Below are positions 8,228 through 18,732 of a stretch of DNA of 64,000 bases, one piece after another. Under the pieces are notes generated by a model. The model was not told the DNA's origin and did no database searches. It saw only the letters and a program-made list of their open reading frames with translations. Source of the DNA: Nitrospirota bacterium (lineage in GTDB: Bacteria; Nitrospirota; Thermodesulfovibrionia; Thermodesulfovibrionales; JdFR-88). Position numbers and translations under genes: made by a program. The stretch spans positions 21,234 through 85,233 of the forward strand of contig JACWAF010000033.1 of assembly GCA_014874185.1 (NCBI GenBank), in the 5' to 3' direction. How positions within the stretch are numbered: the stretch's first letter is position 1; every line of letters begins with the position of its first letter.

Positions 8228-10960
8228 ATGGCGACCATATATATAGATAACAAACCCTATCAGGCAAACGAGAAGCAGAACCTGCTGCACGCCTGCCTGT
8301 CACTGGGCTTCAACATACCTTATTTCTGCTGGCATCCGGCGATGAACTCGGTGGGCGCGTGCAGGCAGTGCGCCGTAAAAGAGTTCAAGGACGAGAACGA
8401 TAAACGGGGAAAGATCGTGATGTCCTGCATGACAGCGGTAAGAGACGGGCTCAGGATATCGATAGACGACCCGGAGGTAAAGGAATTCCGCGCCAGGGTG
8501 ATCGAGTGGCTGATGACCAACCATCCCCATGACTGTCCCGTCTGCGACGAAGGCGGCGAGTGCCACCTGCAGGACATGACCGTGATGACGGGCCATGTTT
8601 ACCGCCGGTTCCGCTTCAGGAAGCGCACGTATGTAAACCAGGATTTGGGGCCTTTCGTGAACCATGAGATGAACCGATGCATACAGTGTTACAGGTGCGT
8701 TCGGTTTTATAACGAATACGCGGACGGCCGGGACTTTGGCGTATTCGCCTGCCATAACCACGTCTACTTCGGACGGCATAAGGACGGAGTGCTGGAGAGC
8801 AAATTCAGCGGAAACCTGGTAGAGGTCTGCCCGACGGGGGTCTTCACGGACAAAACGCTGAAGCGCCATTACACGCGCAAATGGGACCTGCAGACCGCGC
8901 CCTCCATATGCCCCCACTGCGGAATGGGCTGTAATACAATACCCGGCGAGCGGTACGGCACTCTGCGCAGGATCAGAACCCGCTACAGCGGGCAGGTGAA
9001 CGGGTATTTCATCTGCGACCGGGGCAGATACGGCTATGAGTTCGTCAATTCCCCGGAGCGGATAAAGGACCCCCTCCGCCGCGTATCAGGGGAAGGCGCC
9101 GGGCCCGGTAAATATGCCCCTTTTGAAAAAGGGACCGCCTTGGGGGCGATAAAAGACGTGCTGAACGTCTCCAGGGGGGTGATGGGAATAGGTTCGCCGC
9201 GCGCCTCGCTTGAGGCCAATTTCGCCCTTAAAAAACTGGTGGGGGCGGAGAATTTTTTCCTCGGCATACCTGATGCGGACTACCGGATTTTGTCTCTGGT
9301 CCTTGATATATATACCAAAGGCAGCGCAAGGACGCCCACCCTGGACGAAGTGGAATCCTCCGATGCAATCCTTATTCTGGGGGAGGATGTCTCCAGTACG
9401 GCCCCCAGGCTTGCCCTTGCGATACGGCAGGCCGTAAAAAGAAAGAGCTTTGAGGCGGCCGGCGGTATGACGATACCCTATTGGGACGACAAGGCGGTGC
9501 GTATTGCCGCGGGCGGCCGGAGAAACCCGCTTTTCATTCTCTCCTGTTCGCATACAGGTCTGGACGACATGGCCAAAGAGAGATATTTTGCCGCTCCGGA
9601 CGATCTGGCCCGGCTGGCATTCGCCTTCGCCAGCCGGATAGACACGGGCGCGCCCGGACCAGAGGGCATGAGTCCGGATTTTAAAGATCTGACCGCCAGG
9701 ATTTGCGGCGCGCTCGAAAGCTCAAAAAATCCGTTAATCGTATGCGGCGCGGGCGCAAAAAACGAAGGCCTGGTGCAGGGGGCGGCCAACCTGGCTTGGG
9801 CCTTGAGAAAACAGGGGAAGAGCGCGTTCCTCTCTTTTGTCCTGCCCGGGGCCAACGAGCTTGGCCTTGGCATCATCGGGGGCCGCCCTGTTGCGGACGC
9901 TTTGAAGGCGATAGGGGAACAAAAGGCCGATACCGTCATAGCGCTTGAAAACGACCTCTATAGGTCCCTCGATAAAAAAAATGCGGACACGCTTTTGTCC
10001 GCAAAATTCTCGATAACGCTGGACCAAATCTCAAATGAGACCACAAAAAAAAGCTGGGCCGTCCTTCCCGCCGCGAGCTTCGCCGAATCGGAGGGCACCT
10101 ATGTTAATTTCGAGGGCAGGGCGCAGCGGTTCTACAAGGTTTTTGTTCAGGGCGGGGGGACGGAAGAGAGCTGGAAGTGGCTGCGCGACATAATGCTTGA
10201 GGCCGGAAGGCCGGAGGCCTCAAACTGGGATACGCTGGACGGCATACTGCGGGACATGGCAAACGAAATTCCGGTCCTTGCCCCGATAACGGGGATAGCC
10301 CCGCCTGAGACTTTCCGGATAGCCGGGATGAAGGTGCCCCGCCAGCCGCACAGGTATAGCGGAAGGACGGCCATGCACGCGGACAAGAGCCTGCTTGAGC
10401 CCAAGCCCCCGGAAGACCGTGATTCCGCACTTTCATTCTCCATGGAGGGCTATGCCGGGGTGCCGCCTCCGGCGCTGATACAGCGGTTCTGGGCCCCAGG
10501 ATGGAATTCGGTGCAGGCGTTGAACAAATTCCAAAGCGAAGTGGGCGGCCCGCTCCGGGGCGGAGACCCTGGGAAGAGGCTCTTCGAGCCGGGGCCGGGG
10601 GCATCTCCGGCTTACTTCGCCCAGGTCCCGCCGGGTTTCCAGCCCAGGAAAGACGAGTGGCTCCTGTTGCCCGTTTACCACATTTTCGGCTCGGAAGAAT
10701 TGAGTATGCATGCTCCGGGAATAGCCTCACTCGCCCCTGATCCGTATATAGCCCTTTCTGAACAGGACCGCCTGCAGTTGGGCAAACAGGAAGGGGAATA
10801 CATGGAGGTCGGCATAGGGGAAACGTCTTACAGCCTTCCTGTAAAACCGGTCCGGGAATTGCCGGAGGGAATAGCGCTGATGCCGTCAGGGCTGCCCGGC
10901 CTTTCCGGGATCGGATTTCCGGTCTGGATAAAAAAGCCCGGCAAGGGAGCACGAAGATGA
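8228..10960 (+). CDS. nuoG: NADH-quinone oxidoreductase subunit G, long (~910 aa) form
   Basis: ATG at 8228 (MATIYIDNKPY). Motifs CRQCAV, HPHDCPVCDEGGECHLQD, CIQCYRCVRF...CPTG, then a molybdopterin-oxidoreductase-like C-terminal region. The upstream extension of the ORF to 8195 overlaps nuoF and is not needed. Confidence 0.93.
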   Translation: MATIYIDNKPYQANEKQNLLHACLSLGFNIPYFCWHPAMNSVGACRQCAVKEFKDENDKRGKIVMSCMTAVRDGLRISIDDPEVKEFRARVIEWLMTNHPHDCPVCDEGGECHLQDMTVMTGHVYRRFRFRKRTYVNQDLGPFVNHEMNRCIQCYRCVRFYNEYADGRDFGVFACHNHVYFGRHKDGVLESKFSGNLVEVCPTGVFTDKTLKRHYTRKWDLQTAPSICPHCGMGCNTIPGERYGTLRRIRTRYSGQVNGYFICDRGRYGYEFVNSPERIKDPLRRVSGEGAGPGKYAPFEKGTALGAIKDVLNVSRGVMGIGSPRASLEANFALKKLVGAENFFLGIPDADYRILSLVLDIYTKGSARTPTLDEVESSDAILILGEDVSSTAPRLALAIRQAVKRKSFEAAGGMTIPYWDDKAVRIAAGGRRNPLFILSCSHTGLDDMAKERYFAAPDDLARLAFAFASRIDTGAPGPEGMSPDFKDLTARICGALESSKNPLIVCGAGAKNEGLVQGAANLAWALRKQGKSAFLSFVLPGANELGLGIIGGRPVADALKAIGEQKADTVIALENDLYRSLDKKNADTLLSAKFSITLDQISNETTKKSWAVLPAASFAESEGTYVNFEGRAQRFYKVFVQGGGTEESWKWLRDIMLEAGRPEASNWDTLDGILRDMANEIPVLAPITGIAPPETFRIAGMKVPRQPHRYSGRTAMHADKSLLEPKPPEDRDSALSFSMEGYAGVPPPALIQRFWAPGWNSVQALNKFQSEVGGPLRGGDPGKRLFEPGPGASPAYFAQVPPGFQPRKDEWLLLPVYHIFGSEELSMHAPGIASLAPDPYIALSEQDRLQLGKQEGEYMEVGIGETSYSLPVKPVRELPEGIALMPSGLPGLSGIGFPVWIKKPGKGARR

Positions 10961-11910
10961 GCGAGACCGCCCGCGGCCTGATAACCGTCTTCGTGGTCCT
11001 TTTTGTGCTCATGTCCGTTGCGGCAGGGCTTATCTGGCTGGAGCGCAGGCTTCTGGCCCTTTGGCAGGACAGGTACGGGCCGAACCGGGTTGGCCCGTTC
11101 GGGGTTTTGCAGGTGTTGGCGGACATGATAAAGGTGCTTTCCAAGGAGGACTGGGTCCCGCCCTTCGCCGATAAAGGGGTGTTCATAATCGCGCCAACCA
11201 TTATAATGATGACCACTTTGCTTTCTTTCGCAATCGTCCCGTTTGCCCCCGGAATGCGAGTGGTTGACTTGAACATAGGGGTGCTCTTTTTTCTGGCGAT
11301 GGTGGCCCTTACGGCATACAGCGTCGCATTGAGCGGCTGGGCGTCAAACAGCAAGTACTCGCTCCTTGGAGGATTGCGGGCCCTTGCCCAGATGATAAGC
11401 TATGAGGTCTTCATGGGGCTCTCCATGATGGGGGTGGTCATGCTGGCGGGTTCCTTTGACCTTTCAAAGATTGTGGAGGCGCAAAGGAAGATATGGTTTG
11501 TCATCCCGCAATTCCTCGGGTTCATATCGTTTTTCATCGCCAGCATCGCGGAAGCTCACCGGCTCCCGTTCGACCTGCCGGAATCGGAAAGCGAGCTTGT
11601 CGCGGGGTTCCACGTAGAGTACTCTGGAATGAAGTTCGGGATGTTCTTTGTGGGTGAGTACATTGCCATAACCCTGGTCTCCGCGCTGATGACAACGATG
11701 TTCCTTGGCGGATGGCTGGGGCCGGTGCTGCCCCCGCTGGCCTGGTTCATCATAAAGACGTTCGCTTTGATCTGCGTATTCATTTTGTTGAGGGCGGCCC
11801 TGCCAAGGCCGCGTTACGACCAGCTTACCGAACTGGCATGGAAGGTGATGCTCCCAGTGACCCTGCTGAACCTGATGGCAACCGGAGGGATACTTCTGGC
11901 ATGGAGATAA
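10957..11910 (+). CDS. nuoH: NADH-quinone oxidoreductase subunit H
   Basis: ATGA overlap with nuoG. Motifs RYGPNRVGP.G.LQ and EAHRLPFDLPE.ESELVAGFHVEYSG. Confidence 0.95.
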   Translation: MSETARGLITVFVVLFVLMSVAAGLIWLERRLLALWQDRYGPNRVGPFGVLQVLADMIKVLSKEDWVPPFADKGVFIIAPTIIMMTTLLSFAIVPFAPGMRVVDLNIGVLFFLAMVALTAYSVALSGWASNSKYSLLGGLRALAQMISYEVFMGLSMMGVVMLAGSFDLSKIVEAQRKIWFVIPQFLGFISFFIASIAEAHRLPFDLPESESELVAGFHVEYSGMKFGMFFVGEYIAITLVSALMTTMFLGGWLGPVLPPLAWFIIKTFALICVFILLRAALPRPRYDQLTELAWKVMLPVTLLNLMATGGILLAWR

Positions 11911-11913
11911 CGA

Positions 11914-12429
11914 ATGTTTAGCATACTGAAAACCATGTGGTATACATTTCTGCACATGTTCAGCAGGAGGTTCACCGTCCAGTACCCGGACGAGAGGCCC
12001 AGGATAGCGCCAAGATGGCGGGGCAGGATCATACTCTCCAGGGACCCCGATGGACAGGAAAGATGCGTTGCATGCCATCTCTGCTCGGTGGCCTGCCCGG
12101 TGGACTGCATAGCCCTGCAGGCCGCAGAGGACGAGACCGGGAGGCGCTATCCGGAGTTCTTCAGGATAAACTTCTCCAGGTGCATATTCTGCGGGTTCTG
12201 CGAGGAGGCCTGCCCCACTTATGCCATTCAGCTCACCAACGATTTTGAGATGGGCGAATATCACAGACATAATCTCGTTTACGAGAAAGAGCATCTCCTT
12301 ATAAGCGGCACGGGCAAGTACCCCGGCTATAATTTTTACCGGGTGGCGGGGCTCGCCATCGGAGGCAAGGGAAAGGGCCAGGCCGAAAACGAGTCCCCGC
12401 CGGTTGACGTCAAGGACTTGATGCCATAG
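11914..12429 (+). CDS. nuoI: NADH-quinone oxidoreductase subunit I (2x[4Fe-4S])
   Basis: [12 protein letters not shown] and [12 protein letters not shown] ferredoxin motifs. Confidence 0.95.
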   Translation: MFSILKTMWYTFLHMFSRRFTVQYPDERPRIAPRWRGRIILSRDPDGQERCVACHLCSVACPVDCIALQAAEDETGRRYPEFFRINFSRCIFCGFCEEACPTYAIQLTNDFEMGEYHRHNLVYEKEHLLISGTGKYPGYNFYRVAGLAIGGKGKGQAENESPPVDVKDLMP

Positions 12430-12436
12430 GAGCGAT

Positions 12437-12949
12437 ATGGAATACCTTTTCTACATATCGGGTGCGGCGGCGGTAATTTCCACCTTCATGGTTATCATCC
12501 AGACGAAGGCGGTGCACGCCCTGTTGTACCTGATCGTCTCACTGCTTTCAGTGGCACTGGTCTTCTTCTCGTTTGGGGCGCCGTTCGTTGCCGCCCTGGA
12601 GGTGATTATCTATGCCGGGGCGATCATGGTCCTGTTCGTCTTCGTTATCATGATGCTTAACCTCGGCCCCGAGGCCGCTGAAGAGGAGAAGAAACTCATC
12701 TCCGCCAGGATGTGGATAGGGCCTTCCATACTGGCCGCAATCCTGCTTGCGGTGCTCATCTACACGCTGACCAGGACCGGAACAATAGCCAATCCGCTGA
12801 TAGTCGGGCCAAAAGAGGTGGGGATGGCGCTCTACGGCCCGTATCTCATAGGCGTGGAACTGGCCTCGATATTGCTTCTGGCCGGAATGGTAGGGGCCTA
12901 TCACCTGGGCAGGGGACGGCGTTACGGCGGCCCTGGGGAGGGGGAGTAA
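12437..12949 (+). CDS. nuoJ: NADH-quinone oxidoreductase subunit J
   Basis: 170 aa and hydrophobic. Position between nuoI and nuo[17 protein letters not shown] motif. Confidence 0.9.
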   Translation: MEYLFYISGAAAVISTFMVIIQTKAVHALLYLIVSLLSVALVFFSFGAPFVAALEVIIYAGAIMVLFVFVIMMLNLGPEAAEEEKKLISARMWIGPSILAAILLAVLIYTLTRTGTIANPLIVGPKEVGMALYGPYLIGVELASILLLAGMVGAYHLGRGRRYGGPGEGE

Positions 12950-12950
12950 G

Positions 12951-13259
12951 ATGGCTTATCTGCCCGTGGAGCATGGGTTCATCCTGGCCGCGATTCTATT
13001 CGTAACCGGGCTTGCCGGCGTCCTGGTGAGGCGGAATATCATCTTCATACTCATGTCCATAGAGATCATGTTGAACGCCGCCGGGCTGGCCTTCATTTCG
13101 GCGGGCTCCAGGTGGGGGCAGCCGGACGGGCAGGTCATGTATATCTTCATTCTGGCCATGGCCGGGGCCGAGGTCTCGGTTGGGCTGGGTCTTGTGCTCC
13201 GCTTCTATCACCTGTTCAGGACCCTTGACGCCGACGAGGCAAGCAGGATGAAAGGATAA
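12951..13259 (+). CDS. nuoK: NADH-quinone oxidoreductase subunit K
   Basis: 102 aa with three TM helices. SIEIMLNA and AGAEVSVGL motifs. Confidence 0.93.
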   Translation: MAYLPVEHGFILAAILFVTGLAGVLVRRNIIFILMSIEIMLNAAGLAFISAGSRWGQPDGQVMYIFILAMAGAEVSVGLGLVLRFYHLFRTLDADEASRMKG

Positions 13260-15155
13260 ATGGATATGATGGGATTACTCTGGCTGGTCCCACTCTTGCC
13301 GTTCATCGGGTTCATAATCCTGGCCCTCTTCGGGAAGAGGATTTCAAACAGGGGCGCCGCCGCCGTGGGATGCGCATCCGTGGGGCTCTCCGCGGTCATT
13401 TCCATGCTTATCGCGGCAGACTTCATCTCCTTCAATCCCGATGGAAGGGCGTATTCGCAGGTGCTATGGACGTGGCTGCAGGTGGGCGGCTTCAGGCCGC
13501 AGATAGGCCTCTACCTGGACAGCCTTTCCCTGATAATGGTTCTCGTGGTCAGCTTTGTGGCCTTTTTCATACACCTCTATTCCGCGGCCTACATGAGGGG
13601 CGATGATGGCTACAGCAGGTTTTTCGCTTACATGAACCTCTTTGTTGGCTCGATGCTCACCCTCGTCCTGGCCGACAACCTGCTCCTTCTATACCTGGGA
13701 TGGGAGGGGGTAGGGCTTTGCAGTTATCTCCTTATAGGCTTCTGGTACAGGGACCCGGCGAACATACGGGCGGCCGTGAAGGCGTTTATCATAACCCGCG
13801 TGGGCGACACCTCGATGGCCATCGGGCTGTTTTTTCTTTTCCTGAACCTGGGCAGCCTGAACATACAGCAATTACTGGGGCTTGCAAGCCGGAGCTGGCC
13901 CATTGGTTCCGGGATGGCGGTTGCCGGAGCGGCCCTGCTGTTAGGAGGGGCGCTTGGCAAATCGGCCCAGCTTCCGCTTCAGACCTGGCTTCCTGACGCC
14001 ATGGCGGGCCCCACGCCCGTGAGCGCACTTATACACGCGGCCACAATGGTGACGGCGGGCGTCTATCTCATCGCGCGCACGCACGTGCTCTTCGAGCTTG
14101 CCCCCCAGGTGCAGGCGGCCGTGGCCGTAATCGGCGCGGTCACATTGCTTGTTTCGGCCGCGAGCGCGCTTACGCAGGTGGACATAAAACGGGTGCTTGC
14201 GTATTCGACAATAAGCCAGATAGGCTATATGTTTCTTGCCCTGGGGGTGGGCGCGTGGTCCGGGGCGATATTCCACTTCATGACGCACGCGTTCTTCAAG
14301 GCCCTCCTGTTCCTTGCGGCGGGCGTGATAATAACCGCCATGGGCGGAGAGCACGACATCTTCAAGATGGGCGGGCTAAGGAAGACCCTGCCCCTGGCGT
14401 TCTGGGCCTTTCTTGCCGGTGCGGCCTCGCTTGCGGCCATTCCCTTCATAACCGCCGGTTTCTACAGCAAGGACCTGATCCTCTGGAGCGTCTTCTCCTC
14501 AACTAAAGGGGGGGTATGGCTCTGGCTGACGGGATTGGCCGGGGCATTCCTCACCGCGCTTTATATCTTCCGGGTCTTCTTTGTGGTCTTCTTCGGCCAG
14601 ATGAAGGCCATTCCCCTGAGAAAGCGCGAGACCCTGTTCATAATACCCCTAGTAGTGCTTGCGGTCTTTTCGGTGATAGCGGGCTTCGTGGACCTGCCCG
14701 GCTGGATGGGGGCGGAGCGTTTCACCGGGTTCATAAGCACGAGTCTCCCCCTTACGCAGACCCTGCCCGTCGGCGGGGGGGCCGAGTTCATGGTGGACCT
14801 CCTTGGGGCGGTTGTGCCCCTGATAGGGCTCCTCTTTGCGTATCTGATCTACATTAGAAAACCTGCCTTTGCCGCAAACGTGGTCAGGAACCAGGCTGGC
14901 CGCGCCCTGAACCGGTTCTGGCTTGCCGGATGGGGATTCGATGCCGCCTATGACATCCTTCTGGTCCGCCCGTTTGACCGGCTCTCGCGGATGCTGAGAG
15001 GGGATGCGATTGATCTCGTTTACTCCGGGATAGCCTGGCTGAACAGGCTGGTCCATCTCCTCCTGAGCGGCACGGAGACGGGCAGGCTGAGGTGGTACGT
15101 CCTGGTGCTGGGGTTTGGCGGGGCGATCCTGATAGGGATAGCGGTGCTCTTATGA
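13260..15155 (+). CDS. nuoL: NADH-quinone oxidoreductase subunit L
   Basis: 631 aa antiporter-like subunit. WLPDAMAGPTPVSALIHAATMVTAG motif. Confidence 0.95.
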   Translation: MDMMGLLWLVPLLPFIGFIILALFGKRISNRGAAAVGCASVGLSAVISMLIAADFISFNPDGRAYSQVLWTWLQVGGFRPQIGLYLDSLSLIMVLVVSFVAFFIHLYSAAYMRGDDGYSRFFAYMNLFVGSMLTLVLADNLLLLYLGWEGVGLCSYLLIGFWYRDPANIRAAVKAFIITRVGDTSMAIGLFFLFLNLGSLNIQQLLGLASRSWPIGSGMAVAGAALLLGGALGKSAQLPLQTWLPDAMAGPTPVSALIHAATMVTAGVYLIARTHVLFELAPQVQAAVAVIGAVTLLVSAASALTQVDIKRVLAYSTISQIGYMFLALGVGAWSGAIFHFMTHAFFKALLFLAAGVIITAMGGEHDIFKMGGLRKTLPLAFWAFLAGAASLAAIPFITAGFYSKDLILWSVFSSTKGGVWLWLTGLAGAFLTALYIFRVFFVVFFGQMKAIPLRKRETLFIIPLVVLAVFSVIAGFVDLPGWMGAERFTGFISTSLPLTQTLPVGGGAEFMVDLLGAVVPLIGLLFAYLIYIRKPAFAANVVRNQAGRALNRFWLAGWGFDAAYDILLVRPFDRLSRMLRGDAIDLVYSGIAWLNRLVHLLLSGTETGRLRWYVLVLGFGGAILIGIAVLL

Positions 15156-16684
15156 CGCTTGGGCTGATTATCCTGATACTCATTGCCGGCGGGGTGCTCG
15201 CCTGGGCTCTGGGCAGGGTGAACGAGGTATTGGCAAGGGCGGTTTCCCTTCTGGCTATTTTCGTGGATTTGATTCTAACTATAAGCCTTCTTGCGGGCGG
15301 CGAATTCCGGATCTCGGGGGGCGGCGCATTCGTGGACCAGCTAAAAATGCCCTGGATACCCCAGCTTGGGATATCGCTTCATTTCGGGGCGGATGGGCTG
15401 AGCCTTCTTCTTCTGCTTCTGACCATGCTCCTTGGAATCGTCTCGGTGCTTGTCTCATGGAGGGAGATTACCGAGAGGGTTGGGTTTTTCCATTTCAATC
15501 TCCTGTTGGTGCTGGCGGGGATAGCGGGGGTATTTACGGCTCTGGATCTGTTCCTTTTCTATTTCTTCTGGGAGCTGATGCTGATACCCATGTACTTCCT
15601 CATCGCGGTCTGGGGGCACGAAAAGCGGGTCTATGCCTCGATAAAGTTTTTCATCTTCACCCAGGCGGGGGGGCTCCTGATGCTCCTTTCCATACTGGGG
15701 CTCTTTTATCTCCACGGGCAGGACACCGGAGTTTATACCTTCGATTATTTCAGCCTGGTTGGGACGCGAATGCCTTACGCGGTCTCCTTCTGGCTCATGC
15801 TGGGGTTTCTGGCCGGTTTCCTGGTGAAGGTCCCCGCCGTGCCGGTACACAGCTGGCTTCCAGACGCGCACACCGAGGCCCCTACGGCCGGGAGCGTGGT
15901 CCTGGCGGGCCTTTTGTTGAAGACCGGCGCGTACGGGCTCATCAGGTTCGTGGTGCCGTTTTTCCCGGACGCCTCGGCGGCCTTCGCCCCGGTAGGGATG
16001 GCACTGGGGGTTGCGGGCATAATTTACGGCGCCGTCCTTGCGTTCGGCCAGACCGATATGAAGAGGCTTATAGCCAACTCCAGCATAAGCCACATGGGGT
16101 TTGTCATACTTGGCATATATGCCTGGAACACTCTTGCCCTTCAGGGGGCGGTCATACAGATGCTCTGCCACGGGATCAGCACGGGGATGCTCTTTGTGAT
16201 CGCTGGCGCCCTGCAGGACAGGCTCCATACCAGGGAGATGGCGCGGATGGGCGGGCTGTGGGATGCGGCCCCGGCGCTTTCAGGTGTGGCGCTTTTCTTC
16301 GCGATGGCCTCACTGGGGCTGCCCGGGCTGGGTAATTTCGTTGCCGAGTTCCTCGTCCTCATGGGGACGTTCCGCTCGGATATGGTCTATTCGGTCCTGG
16401 CCTCTACGGGTTTCGTGCTCTCGACCATTTATTCGCTTAGTTTCGTGAGCAGGGTCTTTCACGGCAGGAGACCGGAGGGCCTTGCCCTTGCCGATCTCTC
16501 CCCCCGTGAAGGCGCGGTTTCACTTGTAATGATAGCCCTTATACTCTGGATAGGCCTTTATCCCCAGCCCATACTGCGGGTCTCAGGGGCGGCCCTCAAA
16601 GAGATAGAGCTTGGCGCGGCGGGCAGGCAGATGGCTGAGACGGCCGTCCCGCTCCTTCCGGAGGCATCCAATGGCGCCAGATGA
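15152..16684 (+). CDS. nuoM: NADH-quinone oxidoreductase subunit M
   Basis: ATG at 15152 in an ATGA overlap with nuoL. SWLPDAHTEAPTAGSVVLAG motif. Confidence 0.95.
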   Translation: MTLGLIILILIAGGVLAWALGRVNEVLARAVSLLAIFVDLILTISLLAGGEFRISGGGAFVDQLKMPWIPQLGISLHFGADGLSLLLLLLTMLLGIVSVLVSWREITERVGFFHFNLLLVLAGIAGVFTALDLFLFYFFWELMLIPMYFLIAVWGHEKRVYASIKFFIFTQAGGLLMLLSILGLFYLHGQDTGVYTFDYFSLVGTRMPYAVSFWLMLGFLAGFLVKVPAVPVHSWLPDAHTEAPTAGSVVLAGLLLKTGAYGLIRFVVPFFPDASAAFAPVGMALGVAGIIYGAVLAFGQTDMKRLIANSSISHMGFVILGIYAWNTLALQGAVIQMLCHGISTGMLFVIAGALQDRLHTREMARMGGLWDAAPALSGVALFFAMASLGLPGLGNFVAEFLVLMGTFRSDMVYSVLASTGFVLSTIYSLSFVSRVFHGRRPEGLALADLSPREGAVSLVMIALILWIGLYPQPILRVSGAALKEIELGAAGRQMAETAVPLLPEASNGAR

Positions 16685-18092
16685 TCTGAGGGCCCTTCTG
16701 CCTTTTATGATACTTGCGGCAAGCCCTGTTGCCGTAATCCTCGCCATAGCCTTTTACCGGGGCCACGCGCTCTCGTTCATAATCTCGATAGCCGGGCTTC
16801 TGATATCCTTCGGTTCCCTTTTTTATTCCTTCCGGTATGCCCCAAGGGCCGTCACGCCGCTTTTAATAATAGACAGGTACAGCCTTTTTTTTACCGGGCT
16901 TATCCTGCTGGCCACGCTTGCGGTCTCATTGATCTCGTTTGGCTATCTTGAGAACCGCTCATACAGGAGGGGTGAATACTACGCCCTGCTATTGAGCGCG
17001 GCGCTGGGCGCGTCAACCCTTGTTGCAAGCTCGCATTTCGCCTCCTTCTTCCTGGGTCTTGAGATACTTAGCCTCTCCCTTTACGCGATGGTGGCCTACA
17101 CGCGCGGCAGCAGGTTCAGCCTGGAAGCCGCTTTCAAGTACCTGGTGCTGGCCTCGGTCTCATCCGCGTTCCTGCTCTTCGGGATGGCCCTGATATATTC
17201 GTATGCGGGCACGATGGAGCTGGCCGGGCTTGCGCTGGTCTCACGGGCAGGCCCTTCGGTGTTCGCCACGGCAGGGCTTGCGATGATGCTGGTGGGGATT
17301 GGCTTCAAGCTGGCCCTGGCGCCTTTTCACATGTGGACGCCGGATGTGTACGAAGGGGCCCCGGCCCCCGTATCCGCCTTTGTGGCTACAGTCTCCAAGG
17401 GGGCGGTCTTCGCGCTCCTGGTGCGCTATTTCTCGGCGTTCAGCCTGCACGACTACCCCTACTTGTTCTGGGTGCTCGCGGGGATTTCCATACTGTCCAT
17501 GCTCATAGGCAACCTGCTGGCTCTTTTGCAGAACAATGTAAAGCGCATCCTTGCATACTCCTCTATCTCCCAACTGGGTTACCTGCTGGTGGCCTTTCTC
17601 GCTTCCGGACCTCAGTCCTTCGCGGCCGTCTCCTATTACCTGGCCTCGTATTTTGTCGCGATGCTGGGCTCATTCGGCATAGTGGCCGTCCTGGCCGGCC
17701 CGCGAGGCGAGCTGGTGAACCTGGAGGATTATCAGGGGCTGGTCTGGAACAGGCCCTGGCTGGCGGGGATATTCACCGGCATGCTCTTATCGCTGGCGGG
17801 GCTTCCGCTCACCGCGGGTTTCATAGCCAAATTCTATATCGTCTCGGCGGGCGTCCAGGCGGGCCAGTGGGCGCTTGTCCTGGTGCTTGCCGCAAGCAGC
17901 GTGATAGGGCTTTTCTACTATGTCCGGGTGATAGCGGCCATGTATTCCAAACGGCTTGAGGCCGTCCCTTACGGAGAGGTCCCGGTGGGGGGAGGGATAG
18001 CTGTCGCCGTCCTGACGGTAGCGCTCCTCTGGCTTGGGATATGGCCCTCTACGCTGATAGGGATCATACAAAGAATGATTTACGGCAACTGA
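16671..18092 (+). CDS. nuoN: NADH-quinone oxidoreductase subunit N
   Basis: ATG at 16671 (MAPDDLRALLPF), 14-nt overlap with nuoM. HMWTPDVYEGAPAPVSAF motif. Confidence 0.93.
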   Translation: MAPDDLRALLPFMILAASPVAVILAIAFYRGHALSFIISIAGLLISFGSLFYSFRYAPRAVTPLLIIDRYSLFFTGLILLATLAVSLISFGYLENRSYRRGEYYALLLSAALGASTLVASSHFASFFLGLEILSLSLYAMVAYTRGSRFSLEAAFKYLVLASVSSAFLLFGMALIYSYAGTMELAGLALVSRAGPSVFATAGLAMMLVGIGFKLALAPFHMWTPDVYEGAPAPVSAFVATVSKGAVFALLVRYFSAFSLHDYPYLFWVLAGISILSMLIGNLLALLQNNVKRILAYSSISQLGYLLVAFLASGPQSFAAVSYYLASYFVAMLGSFGIVAVLAGPRGELVNLEDYQGLVWNRPWLAGIFTGMLLSLAGLPLTAGFIAKFYIVSAGVQAGQWALVLVLAASSVIGLFYYVRVIAAMYSKRLEAVPYGEVPVGGGIAVAVLTVALLWLGIWPSTLIGIIQRMIYGN

Positions 18093-18107
18093 ATCTCTAA
18101 ACTAAAC

Positions 18108-18135
18108 TTGACACTGAAAGCCCTCATGATAGACT
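18108..18135 (+). promoter_or_regulatory. Candidate sigma70-type promoter for the cytochrome c / nar unit
   Basis: TTGACA (18108-18113), 16-nt spacer, TAGACT (18130-18135), inside the 123-bp nuoN/cytochrome-c spacer. Sequence match only. Confidence 0.3.
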
Positions 18136-18215
18136 TCAAAGAGAAAAAACCGGGCCTTCTCAAATTGAAAAGCAGGATTGTTTTGTTTTTAAAATAGCGG
18201 TCTTAGAGGTGTTTG

Positions 18216-18731
18216 ATGCTTAGGGTTCCAGGTGCCGTTATGCTGGTCTTCTTTCTGGTCCCGTTCCTCCCGGCGCAAGCCCCTATGGCAGCGGGCGACC
18301 CGCAGACGGGAAGACAGCTTTTCATCGGCACAAGGGAATTGAAAAATGGCGGGCCGCCCTGCATGGCCTGCCATAACGCCGGAGCCATAGAATTCCTCGG
18401 GGGCGGCAATCTTGGCCCGGACCTGACCAATTCGTTTTCCTCTTTCGGGCCGGGAATCGCCGGACTTCTGGAAAACGTGAGCTTTCCGGTCATGAAGCCC
18501 ATTTATGACGCGCACCCGATACAGCCGGATGAGGCGCAGGATATCGCGGCCTACTTGAAGGGCCTTTCGGGCGTTATTGTGCCCGTAGACCTGTTTTACA
18601 GGTTTCTCGTCCTCTCTCTTGTTGTATTCGTGGTCTTCATGCTCATAATCTGGTTCGCCTGGCGGCACAGGCTTGTGGGCGCAAGAAAGAGGCTTGTCAG
18701 CGCAGGACTGCCGCTTAATCCCCAGAGGTGA
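18216..18731 (+). CDS. Monoheme c-type cytochrome with signal peptide and C-terminal membrane anchor (NarC-like position)
   Basis: AGAGGTG Shine-Dalgarno then ATG at 18216. Hydrophobic N-terminal leader, a single CMACH heme motif, C-terminal TM helix LVLSLVVFVVFMLIIWFAW. The stop at 18729-18731 lies 1 nt before the narG ATG. Confidence 0.8.
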   Translation: MLRVPGAVMLVFFLVPFLPAQAPMAAGDPQTGRQLFIGTRELKNGGPPCMACHNAGAIEFLGGGNLGPDLTNSFSSFGPGIAGLLENVSFPVMKPIYDAHPIQPDEAQDIAAYLKGLSGVIVPVDLFYRFLVLSLVVFVVFMLIIWFAWRHRLVGARKRLVSAGLPLNPQR

Positions 18732-18732
18732 T

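Noticed and set aside
10104-11354. 416-aa minus-strand ORF antisense to nuoG/nuoH. Similar long antisense ORFs lie at 22326-23369, 33647-34954, 46850-48148, 53636-54826, 15455-16228 and 4003-4716.
   Set aside because: All overlap genes with unmistakable family motifs on the other strand, and all have Pro/Arg/Gly-rich, motif-free translations. Treated as GC-driven shadow ORFs.
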